Assembly (NCBI RefSeq): GCF_021378375.1
Contig: NZ_CP076228.1
Span: 390,001 to 422,000, forward strand
From: Wolbachia endosymbiont of Drosophila innubila
GTDB lineage: Bacteria > Pseudomonadota > Alphaproteobacteria > Rickettsiales > Anaplasmataceae
Length of the DNA stretch: 32,000 bases
Direction of reading: 5' to 3'
The notes beneath the pieces were generated by a model. That model was not told the DNA's origin. It did not search any database and saw only the letters and a list, made by a program, of their open reading frames with translations. The position numbers were made by a program, and so were the translations under genes. How positions within the stretch are numbered: the stretch's first letter is position 1; each line of letters opens with the position of its first letter. This document shows positions 23,148 through 30,670 of this stretch, in pieces.

Positions 23148-24743
23148 TTAAGGTAAATGTTCATGTGATTCCGCAGAATAATTCTGTTTTTTGATTCTAT
23201 CTGTCCATTTATCATTTTCTATATCTTGTTTGTTGGTTGCTTTTTTTTCTTGCTCAACAATTGCCTTATCTATCTCCTTATGAATTGCATCAATCGCACC
23301 TCCTTTTTTGTATACTTCGCTTTTCCCTTCAATAATTAACTTAATAAAAGTATTTACAACAGACTGCACTTGATTATGATTAACCTGACCTTTTGTCAAA
23401 GAAGGTAAAGAGCCTAATTCCATCAATACTTCTGGTGCTGTTTTATCTTGAGTGGAAAGTCCTAAATTATCTGCTACTTTACTTATTAATAACTCTCTGT
23501 GTTCTTTATTATCTTCCAATTTAGCATAATCACTCAATAGATCTATAACGGTAGATACTCTGACTTCAACAACATCATCAACATCTTCATCTTCTAGAGC
23601 AACTCCTGACCCCAATAACCTCTCTCTGAGATTTTCGCTTAAAAGATTGATAAATTCTTCATTTGCATCTGATCCTGTGGTTGATATTGTACCATCTAAA
23701 TAGTTACTTTGAGCACCGAAGCCATGCTCTATTTGTATTTTTGTCTCAGGTTTAAATCCTAATTTTGCACAGAATTTCTGAAAATATTCTTTAATAATGT
23801 CAAACAAGCTCTTGCCATTATCTTTATAATTTTTTAACTCTTTAGGAATAGTAAGTGACAATTTACCATCTCTGTATGTTACAAAGTCTTCACCATTGTG
23901 AGATTCAATTGTAAATTCCAATGAACTAGACAGATTACATATCTTATCGCCATGCATAACTTGATTTTTAACAGAGAGTATTGGTAGCCTCATATCAGAT
24001 CTAATTCTCACATTATTTTGGTTAGCACAATCAATATTTATTACTTTTTTAGGATTTTCTACTATGAACGACTGTCCAAGTGCAAGTTGGGTTTGTATAA
24101 ATGGAGCAGCCTCATACCCTGCTTGATTACAATTGGTAACTAGCTCTTCTAAAATAGCATCACTTGGAACTTCTGCCCCAGCGTATCTGAACATTTTTTT
24201 GAAAACTTCTTTTGCAAAGGAACGGTAATCCTTGTTTTCATCTTTCTCTGTTGGTAATAGATGGATATACCTTTGGCCAGCATTGTAAAATTCTTCAAAT
24301 TCTTTCTTATATGAATCGGTTTTTTGATGATTGGCAGTTTTGGAATTTTCACAGTGATTTTTCCATAGCTCACCCAATGCATTACTTACAAGCTCTTTCT
24401 CAATATCTTCGAGTACTGAAGCAACAAAAGCTTTGCCATGATCCGTATCTATTTCTCTTGTTCCTTTTTTGTTAAATATTTCGTCATTATATATATCATC
24501 ACTATTAAAAAGTTCGCTTTTGCGGTGCTTAGCTCCTTCCTTAAATGCAATAATAAGATTTTTATCTATTTCTTTTCCGTTAATAATAAAATTCATCCTT
24601 TGAAAATCTAAGAACATTGTTTCACCGGAATTCGCTAATTTATTATCTTGATCTGCTCTTAATTTACTAAAATTGAACTCTTTAGCTGTGGCCTTTAATC
24701 TAACTACTGGACTCTTATTATTTTTTCCTTTTGTCTCTTTCAT
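23148..24743 (-). CDS. Hypothetical protein (about 531 aa), with no domain I can recognise
   Basis: It is a long uninterrupted frame. ATG 24743 is preceded by TAAGGTG at 6-nt spacing, whereas the ORF-track start 24752 is a GTG. The composition is hydrophilic with no TM segment and an acidic stretch (EDEDVDDVVE). Confidence 0.7.
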   Translation of the reverse strand: MKETKGKNNKSPVVRLKATAKEFNFSKLRADQDNKLANSGETMFLDFQRMNFIINGKEIDKNLIIAFKEGAKHRKSELFNSDDIYNDEIFNKKGTREIDTDHGKAFVASVLEDIEKELVSNALGELWKNHCENSKTANHQKTDSYKKEFEEFYNAGQRYIHLLPTEKDENKDYRSFAKEVFKKMFRYAGAEVPSDAILEELVTNCNQAGYEAAPFIQTQLALGQSFIVENPKKVINIDCANQNNVRIRSDMRLPILSVKNQVMHGDKICNLSSSLEFTIESHNGEDFVTYRDGKLSLTIPKELKNYKDNGKSLFDIIKEYFQKFCAKLGFKPETKIQIEHGFGAQSNYLDGTISTTGSDANEEFINLLSENLRERLLGSGVALEDEDVDDVVEVRVSTVIDLLSDYAKLEDNKEHRELLISKVADNLGLSTQDKTAPEVLMELGSLPSLTKGQVNHNQVQSVVNTFIKLIIEGKSEVYKKGGAIDAIHKEIDKAIVEQEKKATNKQDIENDKWTDRIKKQNYSAESHEHLP

Positions 24744-24920
24744 AAATAACACCTTACTGTAAATATGCTGTAAGTTATATCATATAATGATGAATAATTT
24801 GGTAATATATTAAGAAAATCGACAGTATATTTCTTTATTTAAGGGGTGTAGGAAAGGCGTAGATTTCTCTTTCCATTTGTAGCGTACTGCATTAATATTT
24901 ATGTATTAATCTAGAAAATA

Positions 24921-26201
24921 ATGATGAATAACATTGTAATTGTTGGTCTGCAATGGGGTGACGAAGGCAAGGGTAAAATAGTAGATTATCTTTCTGAGAA
25001 TGCAGATGTAGTTGTGAGATTTCAGGGAGGAAATAATGCAGGGCACACTATAGTAGTAGATGATGAGGTTTATAAATTAAATTTACTGCCCTCTGCTGTT
25101 TTGAGGCCAGGCAAAATATCTATCATAGGAAATGGCGTTGCTCTTGATCCACACGCTCTAATCTCAGAAATAGAGTCATTGAAAGTTAAAGGAGTAGACG
25201 TAAACTATAACAACTTGATGGTATCCGAGAGCTGTCCATTAATACTTAGCATACATAAGGACAAGGAAAAGCTATTTGAAGATTTAAATGGAAATCACAA
25301 AATTGGTACAACAAACAAAGGGATAGGGCCATGTTATGAAGATAAAGTTGGAAGGAGAGCTATACGCCTTTGTGACTTAGAAAACGCAGATGAGCTCAAT
25401 AAAAGAGTGGATACTCTTTTGAATTACCACAATGCTATCAGGAAAGGCCTTAACTACCAGGTGGTTAAAAAAGAAGAAATATTAAAGGAAATTCAAGAGA
25501 TTTCAGAAAAAATTCTTTCATATAAAAAACCTGTGTGGAAGATATTAAATGACTTGATGAAAGAAGGTAAGAAAATAATATTTGAAGGTGCCCAAGGCGC
25601 ATTTTTAGATATCGACCACGGAACTTACCCTTTTGTTACTTCAAGTAATACTGTAGCATCGCAAGCAATAACAGGCTCAGGGTTATCCTCCAATGCTTAC
25701 ATTATTGGTGTGGTAAAAGCTTATACAACAAGAGTGGGCAATGGCCCATTTCCTACTGAGCAGAAAAATCAAGTAGGAAATAGCTTGTTTACTATAGGTA
25801 AGGAACTTGGAACAGTGAGCAATAGAAGAAGGCGTTGCGGATGGTTCGATGCAGTTTTAGTGCGCCAGGCCGTACAACTCTCTGGAGTTTCAAGCATTGT
25901 ATTAACCAAATTAGATGTGCTTAATTCTTTTGATACAATTAAAATATGCACTGGTTACAAGTATAGCGGAAAAATGTATGATTATTTACCCGCATCGCAT
26001 TCAATACAAGGGGAATTAGAGCCAATATATGAAGAGTTTCCTGGCTGGAAAGAAAACACTCAAGGTAAAAGGTCGATTGAAACATTGCCTATCAATTTAA
26101 TAAAATATATAGAAGGGTTAGAAAAATTAATAGGTGTACCAATTCATCTAATCTCAACTAGTCCAAAGAGAGAGGATGTTATTAAGCTTAAAGATTTCTG
26201 A
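24921..26201 (+). CDS. purA: Adenylosuccinate synthase
   Basis: 426 aa. Motifs present are GLQWGDEGKGK, GGNNAGHT, TTNKGIGPCYEDK and TKLDVL. Confidence 0.95.
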   Translation: MMNNIVIVGLQWGDEGKGKIVDYLSENADVVVRFQGGNNAGHTIVVDDEVYKLNLLPSAVLRPGKISIIGNGVALDPHALISEIESLKVKGVDVNYNNLMVSESCPLILSIHKDKEKLFEDLNGNHKIGTTNKGIGPCYEDKVGRRAIRLCDLENADELNKRVDTLLNYHNAIRKGLNYQVVKKEEILKEIQEISEKILSYKKPVWKILNDLMKEGKKIIFEGAQGAFLDIDHGTYPFVTSSNTVASQAITGSGLSSNAYIIGVVKAYTTRVGNGPFPTEQKNQVGNSLFTIGKELGTVSNRRRRCGWFDAVLVRQAVQLSGVSSIVLTKLDVLNSFDTIKICTGYKYSGKMYDYLPASHSIQGELEPIYEEFPGWKENTQGKRSIETLPINLIKYIEGLEKLIGVPIHLISTSPKREDVIKLKDF

Positions 26202-26219
26202 AAACGTCTTTGTATCTTA

Positions 26220-27041
26220 GAGCCTGTACGTAATCTCAAAAAAGAGATAAAGTGAGAGGATAAAGTATATAAAGTAGGATATGCGAAGTTTATAACCAAG
26301 TGACATAAGTCGAGAAAAGTTTGAGATTATTGTAGCAGATCTGGAATCTTGCAGAAAGAAGACAAAACCAAGAACACTTGATTTACATGATATATTTTGT
26401 GGAGTGTTATACGTGTTAAAAAGTGGTTGCCAGTGGAGAATGGTATCAAAAGAGTTCCCAAAATGGCGCAATTGTTACGACTATTTTAAGAAGTGGAGTG
26501 AAAAACCAGATGTAAATAAAGAAAGTGTTCTGGAGCTGGTATTAAAAAAAAATAATTGCGACAAAACAATGGTCGGAAAAGCTTCTGCATAATTGATGCA
26601 CAGAGTATAAAAAATGCAGATACTGCTGAAGCTATGATGCAGGCAAGAAGATTTCAGGGCCGTATTGCAGTAGATACGCAAGCATGCAATTTATACAACA
26701 ACAGCAGAGATAACTGACCGTAGCAGTGCTGTGAGAATGGTCGAAAATGCAAAAGAAAACCTCTCGGGAGTTAAAAATGTACTGGTTGATGCAGGCTATA
26801 CTGGAGAGAATTTTGTAACTCAAATAAAAACAATTATTGGTGCAGCCGTTGAAGTGATCAAAAGAAATGAATTACGTTCCTTTGTTGTATTGCCCAAAAG
26901 ATGGGTTGTGGAGCGATCTTTTGCTTGGTTAGAAAAATGTAGAAGATTGTGGAAAAATTGTGAGCGAAAACTCAATACTAGCCTACAAATGGTAGTTCTG
27001 GCTTTCACTGCCTTATTTCTGAAAAAATTATGAACAGGCTC
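26220..27041 (+). mobile_element. IS5-family insertion sequence (IS1031/IS427-like, of the kind common in Wolbachia), 822 bp, decayed
   Basis: The terminal IRs GAGCCTGTACGTAAT (26220-26234) and the reverse complement of 27027-27041 (GAGCCTGTTCATAAT) match at 13/15 positions. It is flanked by a direct TTA at 26217-26219 and 27042-27044, the TNA-type 3-bp target duplication. Confidence 0.85.
26281..27033 (+). pseudogene. IS5-family DDE transposase remnants, with an in-frame stop and frameshifts
   Basis: The sequence MRSL-stop(TAA)-PSDISREKFEIIVADLESCRKKTKPRTLDLHDIFCGVLYVLKSGCQWRM continues in shifted frames (FCIIDAQSIKNADTAE; YDAGKKISG; IAVDTQ). The intact C-terminal piece is VDAGYTGENF...WVVERSFAWLEKCRRLWKNCERK. 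Confidence 0.75.
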
Positions 27042-27250
27042 TTACTAACTCTTATCTAATAAAAAAAATACTTGTGTAACTTCGAATAGTCTATTATGCA
27101 AGACAACAGTATAAACATGTAGTAAGAAATGTATAATGAAAAATAAAAGCTCAAGTTTAACACTTGCAGTTATTTTTACACAATTAAGTAATCATAAAAG
27201 TTAGTGTAGGGCGAGGTTATACAGTTTGATTTCTTTTAATATATATTAAT

Positions 27251-27278
27251 TGGTATAATATAAATATAGTTAAGGAGG
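27251..27278 (+). promoter_or_regulatory. Extended -10 promoter (TGgTATAAT) and strong Shine-Dalgarno (AAGGAGG) ahead of the 811-aa ORF
   Basis: TGGTATAAT is at 27251-27259. AAGGAGG is at 27272-27278, 6 nt before ATG 27285. Confidence 0.45.
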
Positions 27279-27284
27279 TGTATT

Positions 27285-29720
27285 ATGATTGGAAGTTTGG
27301 CTAAAGAAGAAAAAACAGCAGAGGCAGGAAAAACAGGTGATCAACTTGAAAAGTGTATTGGACCAACTTCACTGAATAGGGAGGTTTATTACTCTACGCT
27401 TATCTACTATACATTAAAAGAGTTATATTCACAATTAGGTGATATCTCTTATGCTAATAAAACAAGATCAGAAAAAGAAATAATCAATTTTTATGTTCTA
27501 CCTCAATTTGCACGTTTTAAAGAAATTATTGATGAAGATATAAAAAAAGATCCTTCGTTTGCAAATTCTGCTATTGTAAAGTTTTGCTCCTCAATTATAA
27601 AAAATAACAAATTACTTAAAGAATTAGAAGAAGTTAGTATTCCTGCCAAAAACTCTAGTGTAAAGGCAAGGGTAAGCTTTCAACTAAAAAATCTGAAAGA
27701 AAAGGTGTGGTTCTTAGGAAAACTAAAGGAAAAAAAGAATTTCACTTACGTGCAGAGGGCTTTTGGGGATAAGTGGAGTTTTTATGACCTAATAAATGAT
27801 GGAGATTTTAAAAAAACGTACATAGATAAAGCAGTAACAGAGTCTGCTAATAAGAGCTTTAAGGAAGATATAGATAAATGCATAAAGTTGGCAGAGCAGG
27901 GAAAAGAAGCTGCAAGTAAATATCTTGGAGAGAAAGGCGTAGAGTTTCGAGCTTATTACACAGAAACTGATAACACTCATAGAGTTTTGAATATCAATCT
28001 TATTAATTACAATAGAAGTGAGCAAACCAGGATTAGTGACATTTTACAGCAAGAGAAAGATATTAAAGAGCTGAATATCTATTGCAATAAAAAACATGAA
28101 ATACACTCTCATCGGAAAGGTAAGGAAAGATATTATGAATTTAAAGAGGGCGCATATTATGAAATGAAAAGCACTTGGCCTGTAAAGGATGGATCCGAAA
28201 TGTGTACCATGATTATGAATGTGAGTAGCGATGGCATAACTGAAGTACTAAAATTTAATGATGAAGATTTTGTGCTATCGGATGAGATCTTAGAATTAAT
28301 AAAGCAAAACGATGAATTATATATTCAAGGTCTCTCCTTATATGATGCTGTACTAGAAAAAGGTAAGGCTGCTGATGTTGTACCTACTGCTAATAATAAT
28401 TTTCAAAATGAGTCTATAGCGGCCTATCGCGAGGAACCAGAGGGGGAATTAGACCCTAAAGTTGATGCTGACAATAGCCTTCCTCCTTCTATTAATAACA
28501 ATGCATCAACTCAAACGGAAGTCAATTTACAACACACTGAAACTCAAACAGAAGTTGCTTCACAACAAATCGAAACTAAAACGGAAGTCAATTTACAGCA
28601 CACTGGAACTCAGACAGAATTTGCTTCACAACAAATGGATGAATTGATTTTAAATAATCAGATGCTGTCCGAAAAAAACGTTGAATTGAAGCAAGAAATA
28701 GAAGCAGGGTTGCAAGTGATAAATAAAAAGCACCATGAATTAATACAAGAAAATCAGCGACTACAGGAGAAACTAGAAACAACCCAAGCAGAAGCTAATC
28801 AAACAATTGTAAAGTTAGAGAAGCAGAATAGCAATTTACAAGACAGGTTTGAAAAAGAGGAGCAAAAAAACACGGAATTGCAAACTGAACTGGCACAAAA
28901 AAATGAAGAATTAGCAGGTGTGTTAAAAGAGCTACAAGGGAAAGCACAAGAACTTAAAGGTGTATATGAAGAAAAAAGAAAGCTAAAGGAAGAGCTGAAA
29001 ATTGTTAATGCAGGAAAGAAGAATTTGGAAAAAGAGCTAAATCAAGCACGAGAAGATGCGGAACAGATAATGGTTGAACGACGCCAGCAGAAAGAGCGCT
29101 TGAAAGATCAGCTAAGAGAATTAGATCAGGAATATAAGGTACAAGTAGAAATTGAGCAAAAGATTAAAGAATCAGATAGGCAGGATAGCGATTTACAAGA
29201 TACACTTGGAGAAGAGAGACTAAAACTCAACATTGAAGAACTAGAAAACGAGTACGAGGAATTTCCAGGAGATAAGGTGCTTACACTTGAATTCACTAAA
29301 GATGAAGATAAAGTCGAAGAGTTAAGAAACGAGCTAGAGCGTGAGAAAGAAAAGTGTAAACAATTATTAGAAGAAGAAAATGAATGGGGTGATGAATTGG
29401 TAGGAATGCTTGATGGACTGGAAGAAAAAATTCGTGCTGATGAACAAAGGAGCTTCAACAATCAATTAACGGGAGAAATTTCTAATGAGTCTGGTAATGC
29501 TCCACGACAGAAGAAAAGGTTATCCAAATCTTCAAGCGTTGATAATGAGTCTTATATTCCACTGAGAGAGAAGACAACATTACTCAGATCTTTAAGCGTT
29601 GATAGTGGACTTGATAGCGATGAAGAAAATTGTGATAATGATTTATCTTTCAACATAAGTCCTATAAGTTCTATTGAGAAGGTGGCAGAGAGTAGAAACG
29701 TAGGTAGGGTATCATTGTGA
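27285..29720 (+). CDS. Hypothetical 811-aa protein: a globular N-terminal region, TQTEV tandem repeats, a long E/K/Q coiled coil, and a Ser/Asp-rich tail
   Basis: It is an uninterrupted frame with a strong RBS. The heptad-like charged region spans about 28640-29400. I recognise no enzymatic motif. Confidence 0.8.
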   Translation: MIGSLAKEEKTAEAGKTGDQLEKCIGPTSLNREVYYSTLIYYTLKELYSQLGDISYANKTRSEKEIINFYVLPQFARFKEIIDEDIKKDPSFANSAIVKFCSSIIKNNKLLKELEEVSIPAKNSSVKARVSFQLKNLKEKVWFLGKLKEKKNFTYVQRAFGDKWSFYDLINDGDFKKTYIDKAVTESANKSFKEDIDKCIKLAEQGKEAASKYLGEKGVEFRAYYTETDNTHRVLNINLINYNRSEQTRISDILQQEKDIKELNIYCNKKHEIHSHRKGKERYYEFKEGAYYEMKSTWPVKDGSEMCTMIMNVSSDGITEVLKFNDEDFVLSDEILELIKQNDELYIQGLSLYDAVLEKGKAADVVPTANNNFQNESIAAYREEPEGELDPKVDADNSLPPSINNNASTQTEVNLQHTETQTEVASQQIETKTEVNLQHTGTQTEFASQQMDELILNNQMLSEKNVELKQEIEAGLQVINKKHHELIQENQRLQEKLETTQAEANQTIVKLEKQNSNLQDRFEKEEQKNTELQTELAQKNEELAGVLKELQGKAQELKGVYEEKRKLKEELKIVNAGKKNLEKELNQAREDAEQIMVERRQQKERLKDQLRELDQEYKVQVEIEQKIKESDRQDSDLQDTLGEERLKLNIEELENEYEEFPGDKVLTLEFTKDEDKVEELRNELEREKEKCKQLLEEENEWGDELVGMLDGLEEKIRADEQRSFNNQLTGEISNESGNAPRQKKRLSKSSSVDNESYIPLREKTTLLRSLSVDSGLDSDEENCDNDLSFNISPISSIEKVAESRNVGRVSL
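28509..28640 (+). repeat. Tandem 66-nt (22-aa) repeat, two copies, inside the 811-aa ORF
   Basis: TQTEVNLQHTETQTEVASQQIE is at 28509-28574 and TKTEVNLQHTGTQTEFASQQMD at 28575-28640. Each unit is made of two 11-aa sub-units. Confidence 0.85.
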
Positions 29721-29754
29721 AGATGGTTGGGGTTAAGTTGCAACTTAAGTGGGG

Positions 29755-29772
29755 CGCAAAAGGTCTTTTGTG
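29755..29772 (+). terminator. Weak hairpin after the 811-aa ORF, preceded by a perfect 16-bp palindrome TTAAGTTGCAACTTAA at 29733-29748
   Basis: CGCAAAA-GGTC-TTTTGTG forms a 7-bp stem including one G-U pair. No clear U-tract follows. Confidence 0.3.
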
Positions 29773-29832
29773 TTGATAATAATTTAAAATCTATAGTAGA
29801 CTAAAAAAGATTATTAAATTATAATATAACAT

Positions 29833-30096
29833 ATGATAAAAGACGAGAAATCGAAAACAATTTTTGAAGTGGAAGGGGCAGTAACTGCTTTACTACCTGC
29901 AGCAGAATTTAGAGTGAAACTGGACAATGAACATGAGATTATCTGTCATGTATCAGGGAAAGTGAGAAGAAGTAAAATACGCATCATTATAGGGGATAGG
30001 GTGTTAGTTGAGATGAGCATTTACGATAGGAATGCGAGAAAGGGTAGGATCATTAGAAGGCTTAAAGGTACAAGTGACAGAACGATCTCTAAATAA
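29833..30096 (+). CDS. infA: Translation initiation factor IF-1
   Basis: The S1-like fold sequence is GAVTALLPAAEFRVKLDNEHEIICHVSGKVRRSKIRIIIGDRVLVEMSIYDRNARKGRII. At 87 aa it is slightly longer than the usual length of about 72 aa. Confidence 0.9.
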   Translation: MIKDEKSKTIFEVEGAVTALLPAAEFRVKLDNEHEIICHVSGKVRRSKIRIIIGDRVLVEMSIYDRNARKGRIIRRLKGTSDRTISK

Positions 30097-30670
30097 TCTT
30101 ATTCTTGCTTCATCATCGAAAAGGCGTATAGCTTTACTAAAACAAATAAACATTGAGCCAGGTTTAATTTTGCCAGCAGATATAGATGAAGCCCCTTTAA
30201 AAAAGGAACTTCCGAAGGATTACTCAATCCGTATGGCAAAAAGTAAAGCTGAGAAAATACAAAGTTTAAATCCAAATTATTTTGTGCTTGGTGTTGATAC
30301 AGTTGTTGCTTGTGGTAGAAGGATATTGCTCAAAGCTGAAAACGTTGAGCAAGCAGAAAAATGTATCCGCTTGTTATCAGGAAGAAGGCATAGAGTATAC
30401 ACCAGTGTATGTCTATTAACTCCCGATCAATCTAAACAACATATCAGGACTGTGGTTACAATAGTGAAATTTAAACGTCTCAGTGAACAAGAAATTAAGT
30501 ATTATTTAGCATCAGAAGAGTGGAAAAATAGGGCGGGGGGATGCAATATACAAGGCCTAGCTGGAGTGTTCGTATTGTTCTTACGCGGCTCCTACTCTTC
30601 CGTTATAGGATTACCATTACATGAAACCTATTGTTTGCTAAGCAATTATTTTAACTTCAATTTATATTGA
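30074..30670 (+). CDS. maf: Maf-like nucleoside triphosphate pyrophosphatase (septum formation protein Maf)
   Basis: LILASSSKRRIALLKQ...VLGVDTVV...GRRHRVYTSV...GGCNIQG...GSYSSVIGLPLHE matches the family. The start is uncertain. The GTG at 30074 is chosen because it lies just before the conserved LILASSS. The ORF-track start 30032 would overlap infA by 65 nt. Confidence 0.8.
   Translation: MTERSLNNLILASSSKRRIALLKQINIEPGLILPADIDEAPLKKELPKDYSIRMAKSKAEKIQSLNPNYFVLGVDTVVACGRRILLKAENVEQAEKCIRLLSGRRHRVYTSVCLLTPDQSKQHIRTVVTIVKFKRLSEQEIKYYLASEEWKNRAGGCNIQGLAGVFVLFLRGSYSSVIGLPLHETYCLLSNYFNFNLY

Noticed and set aside
24273-24293. FFAT-like EFYNAGQ in the 531-aa orphan protein
   Set aside because: It lacks the critical Asp at position 4 and an acidic flank, unlike the VFYDAES motif at 10304-10324.
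26404-27033. ORFs 26404-26592 and 26731-27033 as functional transposase genes
   Set aside because: They are fragments of a single IS5-family transposase separated by frameshifts, and the N-terminus carries an in-frame TAA.
23148-28400. Possible paralogy between the 531-aa protein and the N-terminal domain of the 811-aa protein (KVINIDCANQNNVRIRSD versus RVLNINLINYNRSEQTRISD)
   Set aside because: Only one short patch looks similar by eye, and the flanking sequence does not align. It needs a real alignment before any claim can be made.
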